A stretch of 64,000 nt of DNA from Methanotrichaceae archaeon (GCA_963813075.1 CAWEXU010000030.1:352001-416000), one strand, 5' to 3'; positions 30,571-42,220 are shown, counted from the stretch's first letter. Made by a program: numbers and translations. Notes: a model not told the origin generated them from the sequence alone.

Positions 30571-30683
30571 TCCCCTGCTTTGTATGCTTGCGGAAACCCT
30601 CAACTCTTTATACGTTGGTCTCCAAAATATACTATGACTGGCAGGGATAATTGCAGAATAAATTTCATCGGGAGGAAGAATTT

Positions 30684-31145
30684 ATGGAACTCAAAACACC
30701 CCAATCACTAAAAGTGGAACATGAAGAGCTACATGCCCAGCTTGCCAAAGCCATGATATCAGGCGGAGCTACGGGCGAAGCCGCGAAAACAGTGGCCAGG
30801 GTGCTTCACCCTCACTTCTTAAAAGAGGAGGAGTACGCTTTGCCGCCATTGGGATTGCTGCCTATTATCGCGGAAGTAAAAAATTTACCGGAAATGGAGG
30901 CGGCGATAGAGATGACCGACCGCCTGAAGGCAGACTTAAGCCATATGCTCGTTGAGCATAAGCAGATTGTAATAGCTCTCAAGGCACTGACGGAGGCGGC
31001 GAAATTAGAGGGCAAAGAGGAGGTCAGTCACTTTTCTGAAAAGCTGATTTTGCATGCTCAGACTGAAGAAGAGGTCCTGTATCCTGCGTCGACTTTGATT
31101 GGCGAATACCTGAAGCTGAAAATCCTGCAAAAAACTGGGAGATGA
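30684..31145 (+). CDS. hemerythrin-like domain protein
   Basis: EHEELH, HF.KEE, EH and HA..EEEVLYP motifs. Confidence 0.8.
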   Translation: MELKTPQSLKVEHEELHAQLAKAMISGGATGEAAKTVARVLHPHFLKEEEYALPPLGLLPIIAEVKNLPEMEAAIEMTDRLKADLSHMLVEHKQIVIALKALTEAAKLEGKEEVSHFSEKLILHAQTEEEVLYPASTLIGEYLKLKILQKTGR

Positions 31146-31151
31146 TGATCG

Positions 31152-31574
31152 ATGTCAATAGAGGATAACAAAAACATTGTACGTCGCTTTTTCGAGGAAG
31201 GACCATCCAAGGGAGATCTGAGAGCGGCAGATGAGTTGCTGGCCGCAAACTTCTCCCTGCATATACCGCTTCCATCAGCTCCAGGAATTAAGGGGATGAA
31301 CGATGTGATTACCGCATGCAGGTCCGCTTTCGAGCATCTGAATGTTACCGTCGAGGATATGGTGGCAGAGGAAGACAGAGTCGTTGCACGCTTCACAGCT
31401 CGCGGCATACACAAAGGCGCTTTCATGGGCTTACTTCCCACAGGTAAATCAATAACCATGACCGGCATGGAGATCTTTCGGATAGAAAACGGAAAGATTG
31501 CCGAGCTTTGGGGTGAGGCCAATCTTCTTGGGCTGATGCAACAGCTGGGGATCTTGCCGCCCTTGGGGGAATAA
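31152..31574 (+). CDS. SnoaL-like ester cyclase family protein
   Basis: NKNIVRRF, AE.DRV..R....G.H.G.F.G..PTGK and GKIAE.W motifs. Confidence 0.9.
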   Translation: MSIEDNKNIVRRFFEEGPSKGDLRAADELLAANFSLHIPLPSAPGIKGMNDVITACRSAFEHLNVTVEDMVAEEDRVVARFTARGIHKGAFMGLLPTGKSITMTGMEIFRIENGKIAELWGEANLLGLMQQLGILPPLGE

Positions 31575-32013
31575 AGGTAGACGATCCAGCTGGAAGTTCA
31601 TCCTTTCCACGGGAGGGGTTCATGTACCGCTCAGTTGTATGCTAAAGTGGCCATGAATCTCGATTCGCACCCAAAGCTATGAAAACTGATTCAACCTAAA
31701 TGGATGCGGGCAGAGAAGGCTTCCGGAGGTAGCGAGACGATTTTGCTGTAAAATTTCCAGGAATATCCTTAGCAGAAACCGACTTGCTTTTTACGAGATG
31801 ACAGCAAGTTATTTCTACGAGATATTATAATTGGCCCTGTATCCCCAAGTCGCAAAACTCAGGAGGGACACAGAGCCATGAGTATAACTGACTTAGAAGA
31901 TGATTATCTTGTCGATGTCCCGATGCGATCGGGACTCTTTCCCCGTGCGAGAGGGGCGTGTGCTCCACCAGGGCATGGGCTGCCTCGATCTGGTATCCGC
32001 CAAAGATGACAAT

Positions 32014-33243
32014 CTATCTAAATAATTTTATAATATTTTCAGAAAATCTGCTGCCTGCTTCCTCAATATCGCCTAAAGAAAAAGTGGCACTCATCACTCG
32101 AATGTCTCCCCATTTTTCATCTAGAGGCCGCTCCAAATCCACCGGATAAACAAGAATTGCATCCCTGCATCCGTTCGCAATGGCGTAGGATACCACCTGA
32201 TAGATATCGCCATTGGATGGAGCACCAACCTTATACTTGGTGTCCATGATGCATATGCATTTATGATGGGGCTCTTCATAGAGAAGCAAATCAATTGTGA
32301 TTATCCTTTTCTGCCTAGGATCTACAATCTTATTCTTCTGGGCTTCAATTGAGTATCCCTTCATGGGATGCGCTTTGAGCCATTCCGCCACGAATCGCTC
32401 ATAAAGTCGGGACATGTCTACTACGAAGGGGATCATCTCCCTTTTTCCGACTCTAAATTCTGGGCCCAGGTGCTCCAGGAACAATCTGCAAAGGGCATGC
32501 ATCGGCCTGTAGTCGTCATTCAGGCGGTTGTAGTGCCGACCCTGGCAAGCTTCAGGGCCACAAGGCACGGGTTTAGCAAAAGATAACAGCCTTCGATAAG
32601 CTTGAGATACGAAGGGCAGCGAGTGCTCGGTACAGAGTCCGCTGCGAAGCAGCTGCCAAAGTGTCCATGCCAGAATGCGGTTGTCATCAACATCGGATGT
32701 GTGCTCCTCGAAGTGGCATTTGAGATTCACTTCCCAAGGCCTGATACAGGCATTCTTCAGGTCTATTCGTCCTCGAACGCATGAGATATGATCTGATCTG
32801 GGCAAATAGGAGTGATAGAATCCTTGCATGCTCCGATCCAGCACCCTGTGAGCCAGGATATTTGCCATTCGGTCGTAGAAGTCCTCAATAGTATCGCAGT
32901 TTAATAGTGCCTTGTCAGACAACTGGAAGCTAGTGAGGTTGTAAGCATATTCCAGCATCCTGAATAGATCTCTGATTTGAATTCCTGGCTTGGGAAGCAA
33001 TCTCAAACCGATATCAGAGGTCAGGGGAATATACCCCACCCATCCCTGGGATTTTAGCCTCCATTTGGAGCCAGGAAGGAAGGAGGTCTCCTCTACGGTT
33101 ACCTTATCGCCATGTCTCTGCTTGATTAGTTCAGCTGCTTCTATAGGCAGCTCTTCCCGGCTAACCTCTACGGGGATGAATTCTGGGAGTTCGATAACGA
33201 TCCTGGTGTTCATTGGTTTATGCGGTCCATTATGTTTTTCCAT
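32014..33243 (-). CDS. mcrC: McrC-family restriction endonuclease subunit
   Basis: DMSRLYERFV, D...DTKYK, DIYQ..Y motifs; overlaps mcrB. Confidence 0.9.
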   Translation of the reverse strand: MEKHNGPHKPMNTRIVIELPEFIPVEVSREELPIEAAELIKQRHGDKVTVEETSFLPGSKWRLKSQGWVGYIPLTSDIGLRLLPKPGIQIRDLFRMLEYAYNLTSFQLSDKALLNCDTIEDFYDRMANILAHRVLDRSMQGFYHSYLPRSDHISCVRGRIDLKNACIRPWEVNLKCHFEEHTSDVDDNRILAWTLWQLLRSGLCTEHSLPFVSQAYRRLLSFAKPVPCGPEACQGRHYNRLNDDYRPMHALCRLFLEHLGPEFRVGKREMIPFVVDMSRLYERFVAEWLKAHPMKGYSIEAQKNKIVDPRQKRIITIDLLLYEEPHHKCICIMDTKYKVGAPSNGDIYQVVSYAIANGCRDAILVYPVDLERPLDEKWGDIRVMSATFSLGDIEEAGSRFSENIIKLFR

Positions 33244-35600
33244 CTGTAATTGTTCAATTTTTCCTTATCGTGGAAGAAGTACTCTTCAAGATAGGGCTCA
33301 ATCTCCATCTTCCAGATATCTTCCAATTGATCGTCCAAATCCTCATTAATGAAGTAGGAGATACCTACTTCGTACTGTGGATCCCTGATATCTTCGTTCA
33401 AGCCCTTTAAGACCTGAATTAGCCCATCTACGGGAAATCCGGTTCTTTTTTGTTCATGGTACATCCTTAAGATGCCGTACTCCGGCTGCAGGCGCAGGAA
33501 GGCAAATCTTCTGCGCAATGCGTGATCTACCAGAGCAATAGACCTGTCAGCCGTGTTCATTGTGCCGATTATCCTCACATTTTCAGGTATGCTAAAGCCC
33601 TCTCCAGCCGCCAATTGGATCTTTTTCCCTCGGTATTCCAGAAGATACATCAGCTCGCCGAAGACTCGGGCGAGGTTTGCCCGGTTGATCTCATCGATGA
33701 TTAGAACGCACATGCCATTGCAATTGCGGGCTCTATTGCAGAAATTCAAGAACTGTCCGGGGATAATAGAGTATTCAAGATTGCCGTCATCATCTCGGAT
33801 TTTTGGCCTTATTCCCTGGATGAAGTCCTCGTAGGAATATGCAGGGTGAAACTGTATGATGTCTTTGAAGCCATAACCTCCGCCTATGAGGTGTCTTGCT
33901 ATATGGTCTGCAACGAAGGTCTTTCCAGTTCCTGGCGGGCCGTAGATTATGGCTTGACCCTTGCGATGTATTGCTTTGATCCAACTATCAAGGCGATCTT
34001 TATCCAAACCAGTCTCTTTTGAGCATTGCTCCAAGGAATAATCGAGATTTTTGCGCGGAAAGCGGATCAAATCTTTGATAGCTTTTGCCTCTTCGTCGGT
34101 TAAGGCAAAAATGGTTCCTTGTGGTTGGCGCAGGATTTGCATTGATTTAAGTAGAGGATCATTAAGAAGCTCCTGGGGCGAAATTACCTTCTCAAGAATC
34201 CGTTCGATGGAGATGCGAACATCAAAGAACTCATCGCTTTCTTCGCTGAGGATCTTTGCGACTCCAACAATTCCTGCATCTTCTCCTGACTTCCACAGGT
34301 ATACTGTATCGTTTGCATGGATCTTATCACGGTGTTGATCTACTTTCCATGTCATCTCATTTATCTCGTTAATTGACTCATTGATATCGAAAGTATTGGG
34401 ATTAGCCTGGAATATCCAAGAGGAAGATATGCCCAGAAGAGCAAATTCGGGCCATTTTGTCTCTGGCTGATCGGTTTGAATAAACTTCAAAGCTTCTGAA
34501 GTAAGTCGCCAGAGATATCCTTCTTTTACACCGCCGTTAGTGTTCAACGGACCATCCTTAATGGCCAACTCTTGAAGATCTCCGGAGAATTTGCTTAGAG
34601 GAATGGGCGGGATAAGATCGTGATAATCAACCTGAACCATATTGACTTCATCATATCTGCCATATGGCCGATTGGCAGCAACTGCAGAAGCGGTGGCCCG
34701 GCCAACATATAGCAATTTGCCATTCGCATAGTGTAGTATGATATCCTCAGGTACAATTTCTACAAGTCTCTCCCAATGGGAGAAAAAGCGACGGCCTTCG
34801 GATTTTTTAGGAGCACAGAGGACACCATCTTTTTGCTCTTCCTTGATCGAGCTTCCTTGATTAACCCACCAAACATTCTTCACAAGGCGTGGATTTAAAA
34901 GCCTTTCAAGTTCAAGCTCTTTACCATCGAAAATAGCCTCAACCTTTTTATTATAACACACAAAAATAAGGGATTGAATATCCACCATATCTTGAGGTTT
35001 ATATTCTATTAAATCATCCTTGAGTTGATGGGAGATCTCCTTGATATTGAAATAAGTTTCACCAGATGGAGTGGAATTGAATCCCAGATCCTCAACACCT
35101 AGATATTTAAAAAATGCCTTAGTGGCCTTTGGTTTGATGAACATCTCCGTATCAGGATGACACATGAAGAGGAAGTAGGTTGGAAAGGTCCATTTATTAG
35201 GAAGCCCATTATCCTTAACAAATTTTAAGAAACCATCGAGTCTGTCTTGAGATGGACTCGATCCATGGAGGAGCTGAAATATCTGTCTGCAGAATGACTG
35301 CTTGTCCAGCTTATCATCTTCGAGGATTGCTAGATCGCCTGTTGACGGCACATTCGTCCAGAGAAGATTCGTTGCATTCGCGATGCTCTTAAGCCTTGAG
35401 ATGATTTCATCGAATTTATTCTCGTCCAACAATCTGCTCAATTCAGCCTCACTCAATAGCTCTTTTGCTTTTGCTATGGCCTCACGCTTGTAATCGGTCT
35501 CGTCCTCCAAATAGCTCGAATCTGAAAAATTGGTCCATCCAGGGTAGGTCTTTTGCATTAATGAGACTAAATCTTCGATCTTCTGTTTGGCAATTGGCAT
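33210..35600 (-). CDS. mcrB: McrB-family AAA+ GTPase with EVE/PUA-like reader domains
   Basis: GPPGTGKT, QFHPAYSYEDF, IDEINRAN, GTMNTADRS, ALRRRF; WIFQANP EVE-like and WWVNQG modules. Confidence 0.92.
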   Translation of the reverse strand: MPIAKQKIEDLVSLMQKTYPGWTNFSDSSYLEDETDYKREAIAKAKELLSEAELSRLLDENKFDEIISRLKSIANATNLLWTNVPSTGDLAILEDDKLDKQSFCRQIFQLLHGSSPSQDRLDGFLKFVKDNGLPNKWTFPTYFLFMCHPDTEMFIKPKATKAFFKYLGVEDLGFNSTPSGETYFNIKEISHQLKDDLIEYKPQDMVDIQSLIFVCYNKKVEAIFDGKELELERLLNPRLVKNVWWVNQGSSIKEEQKDGVLCAPKKSEGRRFFSHWERLVEIVPEDIILHYANGKLLYVGRATASAVAANRPYGRYDEVNMVQVDYHDLIPPIPLSKFSGDLQELAIKDGPLNTNGGVKEGYLWRLTSEALKFIQTDQPETKWPEFALLGISSSWIFQANPNTFDINESINEINEMTWKVDQHRDKIHANDTVYLWKSGEDAGIVGVAKILSEESDEFFDVRISIERILEKVISPQELLNDPLLKSMQILRQPQGTIFALTDEEAKAIKDLIRFPRKNLDYSLEQCSKETGLDKDRLDSWIKAIHRKGQAIIYGPPGTGKTFVADHIARHLIGGGYGFKDIIQFHPAYSYEDFIQGIRPKIRDDDGNLEYSIIPGQFLNFCNRARNCNGMCVLIIDEINRANLARVFGELMYLLEYRGKKIQLAAGEGFSIPENVRIIGTMNTADRSIALVDHALRRRFAFLRLQPEYGILRMYHEQKRTGFPVDGLIQVLKGLNEDIRDPQYEVGISYFINEDLDDQLEDIWKMEIEPYLEEYFFHDKEKLNNYRWKNIMDRINQ

Positions 35601-35631
35601 TTACTTATCCCCTCGATCCTGCAAAGCCGGC

Positions 35632-37171
35632 TCAAAACTCATAGCGCTTTCCCTCTTCCACCAGCAGCACATTCTCGAAATTACTGGCAAACCACTTCCG
35701 TGCCTCGGTATGAACCGGCACTATGCAATCCGGATCTATCTGCTCGATAGCCCAGGTGATATCCTCGGTCGATGCATGGCCCGAAGCATGATAGCGCTTC
35801 TCAAAGTCCAGATCGCCGTTCTCATCCAGGGAGAAGCCACGGGAATTGATATTAAAGCGCCGCAGCCAGTGCCACAGCCTCTTGAAATCGATCTCCATCT
35901 CCTCACTAAAGGCCTCGCAGGCAGAGTAGATGTAAGTTCCGCTTTCTGGCTTGATGTCCAGCAGGTGCTTCATATCAAAGAAGGAGAAGCACAGGATGTA
36001 ATCCTCTGGGCGCTTTCGGATCGAGGTATGATCAACGTATCGATCAGCATAATGAGTCTCGACAACCTCCTGCTCCCATTTCCTCTTCGATTTATCCATG
36101 ATCTCGCTGTAGATCCGAAGCTCATCGGTGGTACATGATCCGCCGATGCACTGCAGAGTGTGCAGCATATAGATATCCTTGGCCATGGCCACCAGCTCCC
36201 TGCCGCTCTTCCGGGCAATCTCCTGGAAGGACTCCAGCCTCTCGAAGTTCCGGGGGGAGAAGTCGGCTATGACCAGGCCGGAGGAGGATTCAACGCTCTC
36301 CCTGCAGGCCTCACAGACCGATCGCTCAGAGGTCTTCTCCCCCTCAGACGGACCTGCTCGCGTTCCTTCCGTGATCAGAACAGATGCATCTTTTGCCCGG
36401 CTGATGAACTCCCGAGTGGATTGCTCTTTTTTGCCGTGCAGGCGAAAGTCGCCCGTATAGGCCACCGTCGTCTCGCCTCTGAGGATGTAGGCTGTAGCTC
36501 CGAAGATGGAGTGGTCGACGGGATGGGCGGAGATCTGGAAGGGGAAGGCGGCATTATCAAAGCAGCAGCATTTCCCTGGGTCCAGCTTCTTGGCTCTCTT
36601 GCCGTCCTGTCCAGGCTTGCGGGAGAGAAAAGAGGTCAGCGCATCGGATGGCTCCTCGGTGCAGCAGAAGTCCCTGCCCTGGCAGCTCATGCCGGCCGCA
36701 GATGAGAGATAAAGGCCGCCCAGCTTTTCGGATGCTTGGCGAGGAGAGAAATAGGCGGTGTCCGTCTCCAGGGAGGAGACGCCAGGTGTCCTGCATTCCT
36801 TTCATTATGGCAATGCTCTCCGCTGAGGCCACCAGGGGGATGTCCTTTTTCAGCATCCCGATATTGCCACAGTGATCGAGATGGGCGTGGGTGAGGAGGA
36901 CTGCCGTCACCTTGAGGGTGGGGAACTGGCTCATGGAAAGGTCAGAGGGGATGAGGTCCGGTCGGTAGATATTGAGCTTGGGCAGCAGGTCCAGGTGCAT
37001 GAGGTCGTGAATCCCGCGAGTGTCCCGGCTCTTTAAAAAATCCTCGTAGAAGGCCCCGTATTTGCCGAAGTTCTTGCCAAAATCCAGGAAGACCCCCTCT
37101 CCGCTCTGCTCAAGGTAGATCTTGTTTCCCCCGATGCCATGAGCACCATCATAGACCGTTAGCGATATCAT
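35632..37171 (-). CDS. MBL-fold (RNase J/beta-CASP-like) hydrolase (frameshift near 36780-36690)
   Basis: IGGN, THAHLDH, VDHS, YTGDFRLHG, EGT, HASGH and PVHT motifs across two ORFs. Confidence 0.85.
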
Positions 37172-37243
37172 CTATCTCTCCCTCCTATAACCAATGCAGA
37201 GAATGGGAAGGAGAAATATAAGTTTTTTTGAGACAGCTCTTCT

Positions 37244-39796
37244 TCAGGCCTTATTCCTGCCATTGAAGATCTTCAGTGCTTCAAACCATAGAATGCTCCC
37301 TATCCCGGCGGCAAAACAAATGGCTATGTCAATAAAATGCAGATAGGCAAAGCTGAATATCTCTCGAAGGAAGGGGACATATATCGCCATTGCCAGGAAG
37401 ACCAGGGCTCCTCCCACCACCCACCAAAGGGCAGGATTGGGAGTGGTCATTGTCTCCAGGATGGTCCTGGTCCAGGATCTGTTTGCTAAAATCAGGGCCA
37501 GGTTTGCCGCAATGAGCGTGGTATAGGTCAGTGCCCTGGCTTCGGCTTCACCCTGACCACGATAGAGTGAGACGGCATAGATCGCCATCACTATGGCCAG
37601 GACGCTCAAGCCTTGAAGCAGACTGAGTCCCAATGCATGACTGCTAAACAGAGGGGCATTTGGATCTCTGGGCGGCCGGTCCATCACATCTCTCTCCTCC
37701 GGCTCGGCCTCAAAGGCAATTGAGCAGGCAGGATCGATGATAAGCTCCAGGAGGACCACATGAACCGGGAAAAATATCAACGGCCATCCCAGGAGCACGG
37801 GAATAAGCGAAATGCCGGCAATAGGCACATGTATGGCCAGAATGTAGGCCATGGCCTTCTTGATATTATCGAATATCCTGCGGCCTGACTTTACCGCCTT
37901 GACGATGGAGGAGAAGTCGTCGTCCAAGAGCACCAGAGATGCTGACTCGCGGGCCACGTCTGTGCCCCGGCCTCCCATGGCTATTCCGATATCGGCAGCT
38001 TTCAGGGCGGGTGCATCGTTCACCCCGTCGCCGGTCATGGCCACGACCTCTCCATTGGCCTTTAAGGCCGAGACAAGCCTCAGCTTCTGTTCAGGCGCAA
38101 CGCGTGAGAAAATTGACGTTTCCCGGACCTTCTCCTGAAGTTCTTGATCGCTCAGTCCTGACAGTTCGGGACCGGTAATGACCTTATCCGATGGTAGACC
38201 AATTTGCCTGGCTATAGCCTGAGCAGTGCCTGGATAGTCTCCAGTTATCATCACTACTCGAATCCCGGCAGAATAGCATTCCTTAATGGCCTCCGGAACC
38301 CCTGGCCGCACCGGGTCTTCCATACCGATCAAGCCCAGAAATTTGAACTGGAAGTCGTGCTGTCCATCGGGCAGATCAGTCTCCTGGAATGAGGCCTTGG
38401 CTACACCTAAGACCCGCATGCCCTCACGAGCCATGGTCTGGATGTTGTTGGAAAGCTCTTTTTGCTGATCTGGATCGATGTGACACAGTTCTGCAATCGC
38501 TTCCGGTGCACCCTTGGCAGCGATCACAAACTCATTTCCCGAAGTCGATCTCCAGACGCGGGACATGGCCAGCAGCTTTTTGGATAACGGATACTCCCGA
38601 ACCAGCTCCCAGTCCCGGTGGATGTGCTCAGTTCTGGCCAGGTAGTCCTCGCCCAGCTTTTTGAAGGCCTTCTCCATGGGGTCGAAGGGATCGATCTGAC
38701 TGGCCAGAATGGAAAACTCAACCACCTCATGAATGGCCTCTGGCAAATTATCTCTGCCGTCATCCAATTCGACGAATTCACCGCGAGCGAATATCCGTTT
38801 CACCTTCATGCGGTTCAAAGTTAAGGTGCCGGTCTTGTCCGTGCAGAGCACAGTGGCAGAGCCGAGCGTCTCTACCGCCGGAACACGCCGGGTCAAGACG
38901 TTATTCTGAGAGATTCTCCACGCTCCCAGGGCCAGAAATACGGTCAAGACCACCGGGAACTCTTCCGGCAGCACGGCCATGGCGGTGGTTATCCCTGCCA
39001 GGATTCCTTGCAGCCAGTTGCCTCGGGTTATGCCATAGGCAACCACTACCATTAGGCACAGTCCCAAACCGAGCAACGCCAGGTTGCGTACCAGCAGATT
39101 GGTCTCTTTCTGAAGGGCCGTCTCCTCTGACTTGACCTGCTCTAAAGCTCTTCCAATCTTGCCGATCTCCGTGTTCATTCCCGTAGCCCTGGCCACTGCC
39201 ACCCCCTGGCCCTGCACCACCAGGCTTCCAGAGTAGACGAATGGCAGATCATCTCCGCCCGGTCTGGCCATTACAGGCGAGTCGGTCTCAGCGCATACCT
39301 TCCGGACTGAGACCGATTCACCGGTGAGAAGGGATTCATCTGCAGAAAGATTGGTGCAGCTCAGCAAAACGGCATCTGCAGGCACACGGTCGCCTTCTGC
39401 AAGGACGATCAGATCTCCCGGGACCACATCCCTTCCCGCTATCCTTCTTTCCACACCATCCCGGATTACCAGTGCACGGGGGCTGGACATGTCTCGCAAG
39501 GCCTCTAGGGCCCTTTCAGTCTTGCGTTCCTGATAGAAAGTGATGCCCATAACGATCAGGACTGAGCCCATGAGTATCAGGGCCTCTTGAAGATCTCCAA
39601 GCAAAAAATAAACCAGACCGCCTGCTACCAGGAGCAGGAACATAGGCTCTTTGACAACTTCAAAGGCAATGGCAAAGGCGCTGCGGGGTTTGGCTGAGGG
39701 CAGCTCGTTGTAGCCCACTTCTGTTAGCAGTTTTGCCGCCTCGGCTTCGGTGAGGCCTCCAGCGGTTTTTATATCAAAATCCTCCGCCAATAGCAC
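37244..39796 (-). CDS. cation-transporting P-type ATPase (type II)
   Basis: TGES, PEEFP, DKTGTLT, TGD and GDGVNDAPAL motifs; GTG start after an RBS chosen (ORF open to 39955). Confidence 0.93.
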   Translation of the reverse strand: MLLAEDFDIKTAGGLTEAEAAKLLTEVGYNELPSAKPRSAFAIAFEVVKEPMFLLLVAGGLVYFLLGDLQEALILMGSVLIVMGITFYQERKTERALEALRDMSSPRALVIRDGVERRIAGRDVVPGDLIVLAEGDRVPADAVLLSCTNLSADESLLTGESVSVRKVCAETDSPVMARPGGDDLPFVYSGSLVVQGQGVAVARATGMNTEIGKIGRALEQVKSEETALQKETNLLVRNLALLGLGLCLMVVVAYGITRGNWLQGILAGITTAMAVLPEEFPVVLTVFLALGAWRISQNNVLTRRVPAVETLGSATVLCTDKTGTLTLNRMKVKRIFARGEFVELDDGRDNLPEAIHEVVEFSILASQIDPFDPMEKAFKKLGEDYLARTEHIHRDWELVREYPLSKKLLAMSRVWRSTSGNEFVIAAKGAPEAIAELCHIDPDQQKELSNNIQTMAREGMRVLGVAKASFQETDLPDGQHDFQFKFLGLIGMEDPVRPGVPEAIKECYSAGIRVVMITGDYPGTAQAIARQIGLPSDKVITGPELSGLSDQELQEKVRETSIFSRVAPEQKLRLVSALKANGEVVAMTGDGVNDAPALKAADIGIAMGGRGTDVARESASLVLLDDDFSSIVKAVKSGRRIFDNIKKAMAYILAIHVPIAGISLIPVLLGWPLIFFPVHVVLLELIIDPACSIAFEAEPEERDVMDRPPRDPNAPLFSSHALGLSLLQGLSVLAIVMAIYAVSLYRGQGEAEARALTYTTLIAANLALILANRSWTRTILETMTTPNPALWWVVGGALVFLAMAIYVPFLREIFSFAYLHFIDIAICFAAGIGSILWFEALKIFNGRNKA

Positions 39797-40245
39797 TACC
39801 TCTCCCTGTACAATAGTCCGGGTATTTTCGTTGTTAATCCTGGGTGAAGAGATAGATATCAATCCATTGGTCTTCGGTTGAGAGATGATCAGTTGAGGAT
39901 TCGAAGGGCCTTTCAAAGCTCGGGCCATGATTGGTTCACTCCAATTTATCTTCAAGGTTTAAAAATGTAGTAAAATCCAAAATGTGGTTAAATCCAAAGA
40001 TTTTAAGGAACCTCTTAGCATCTCCTTTTTATCCTGGCAGGATGTATCGATTTTCCATGTTCCTGCCTGGAGAGGATTACAGGGAATCCTTTCGCAAAGA
40101 ATGCCAATTCGCTATGGAGAGGAAGGGCAACATATTGGATATCGACGGCAGCGAAGCTGTGGAGGAACTGGCCCGGTCCCTGGAGAAAGTAGGGATAGCA
40201 AAGGTCAAGAAAGATAGCATCAAGTGGAAGCGATGAGGACCGGCC

Positions 40246-41169
40246 ATGGCTTTTGAAACAACTCTCACCACCATGATCATCTTCTTTTTCATCCTGGCGG
40301 TGGGTTTTGTAGCCGGAAAATTAGGAATCATCAAGCAGGAGTTCATGGGGAGCTTCTCGCAGATGATCACGAAGATCTTTCTGCCCGCACTCATCTTCTA
40401 TTCAACCACCAGCAGCACAACGCGCCAGATGGTGTTCGAAAACTATTGGATTCTCATTCTGGCTGCGGGGTTCTATTTCCTGATCGCTGTTGTCACCTGG
40501 TCCTTAGCGCGAATCATGCGCATTCCGCACGACAAAGACCGCATTTTCCAGTTTGCGTTCATTTTCGGTAACACGGCATTTGTGGGTATGCCGTTGCTCG
40601 CAGCGGTATTCCCCGATTATGGGCTGTTTTTCATGTGTCTTTTTTCCATCGTCGATCAGTTGCTGTTTTGGACCTTTGGCATTTGGCTTTCAACAGCGCG
40701 CGACAGGCAAACGGCTCGCTTCAACCCAAAGAAGTTGCTCACACCCAACATCATCGCCATCCTTTTAGCGCTTGCATTTGTTCTGCTGGATATTCTGCTG
40801 CCGAGCATCATCAATAATGCCCTGGGCACCATTAGCAAGGCCACCGGTGCCTTGTGCATGCTCTATCTGGGGGCGATGATTTGCTTTTCCGAATTCGGTA
40901 CTGTGCTCAAGCGTGCCGAGGTGTACGTGGGCATTGCGGTCAAGATGGTTCTGCTGCCCATTGCCGTAGGTCTGCTGCTCATGCAAACGCCGCTGCCCTA
41001 TGAGATGGTCGCCTCCATGACCCTGGTCATGGCCCTTCCAGTCATGACGGTGGTGCCCATGATAGCCTCCGCAAATGGGCACGAAGGAGACTATGCCACG
41101 GGTATTGCCGTGGTGTCGTTTATAGCGTGTGTGGTTACCATTCCGCTGGTTGCCTTTGTGGTTCTCTAG
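40246..41169 (+). CDS. AEC (auxin efflux carrier)-family transporter
   Basis: LPALIF, FGN..F.G.P, P.IIA; about ten TM segments. Confidence 0.88.
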   Translation: MAFETTLTTMIIFFFILAVGFVAGKLGIIKQEFMGSFSQMITKIFLPALIFYSTTSSTTRQMVFENYWILILAAGFYFLIAVVTWSLARIMRIPHDKDRIFQFAFIFGNTAFVGMPLLAAVFPDYGLFFMCLFSIVDQLLFWTFGIWLSTARDRQTARFNPKKLLTPNIIAILLALAFVLLDILLPSIINNALGTISKATGALCMLYLGAMICFSEFGTVLKRAEVYVGIAVKMVLLPIAVGLLLMQTPLPYEMVASMTLVMALPVMTVVPMIASANGHEGDYATGIAVVSFIACVVTIPLVAFVVL

Positions 41170-41416
41170 TGGAATGGGGATCAGTTCAACAGGAGGCCGA
41201 GCAAGAATGGCTGGGCTTTCTGGAACCGCAAAAGAACATTGCCGAGTAATTGAGAAATGGCTCATCAGCCCGATTTTAAAGGCGGACCACATCCCGTAGC
41301 TCCTCCACTCAGCTCCTGGCGATAGTGCGGGGCAAATTCTGTAGACTGGCAAAGCATAATGCTATAGTGCATGATGCACATAGTGCATTTAGGAATTGTA
41401 CTTGGGGGAATTGATT

Positions 41417-41915
41417 ATGCGTTATCAGCTGAAGAACAAACTATTCAGCATCGGCGGCGATGCGATGATCCAGGACGCCAGCGGGCGCGACCTGTTATTT
41501 GTGGATGGAAAAGCCATCAGCCTGGGACGGCGCTTAGAGATCAAGGACTTGCAGGGTAATGTGGCTAGCGACCATCCAGCAGCAGTTGATTGCCCTGACG
41601 CCCACCTTTGAGATTCACCAGCGTGGCGAAGTTCAGCGCCAAAATTTCCATGAAGCTGCTCTCGCTGCGCGACCGGCTGAAGATCGACGTGCCCGGCAAC
41701 GACGACCTGGAAGCGCGCGGCGATATCTTCCACCATGAGTACGGGATCTTCCGCGGCAGTCGCGAGGTGGCGCATATCTCGAAGGCGTGGATTGCCCTGA
41801 GCGACACCTACGGCATCGATATCGACGACGACCAGGACCAGGTGCTCATTCTGGCCTGCGCGGTGGTGATCGACGAAATTCTCGACATGCGCCAGAGCGG
41901 GACATTAGAATTAAA
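41417..41915 (+). pseudogene. LURP-one/scramblase (YxjI-like) copy 1, frameshifted
   Basis: same sequence as copy 2 but split across frames at about 41570-41620. Confidence 0.7.
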
Positions 41916-42220
41916 CGGAAGGCATGTTTTAAAGCCGCTCCGTTTTGTTTTCTTCATGCTGTTCGAGACGAGATTTGCGCTCCTGGCTTTCGGGCATCTC
42001 CATAGGGTTGCTCGCATGGCCGCAGGAACCGCAAAAGAACATTGCCGAGTAATTCAGAAATGGCTCATCAGCCCGATTTTAAAGGCGGACCACATCCCGT
42101 AGCTCCTCCACTCATCTCCTGGCGATAGTGCGGGGCAAATTCTGTAGACTGGCAAAGCATAATGGCTATAGTGCATGATGCATATAGTGCATTTAGGAAC
42201 TGTACTTGGGGGAATTGATT

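Noticed and set aside
39931..40236. ORF between the P-type ATPase and the AEC transporter
   Set aside because: Only the 3' half looks protein-like; probably a gene fragment that cannot be assigned.
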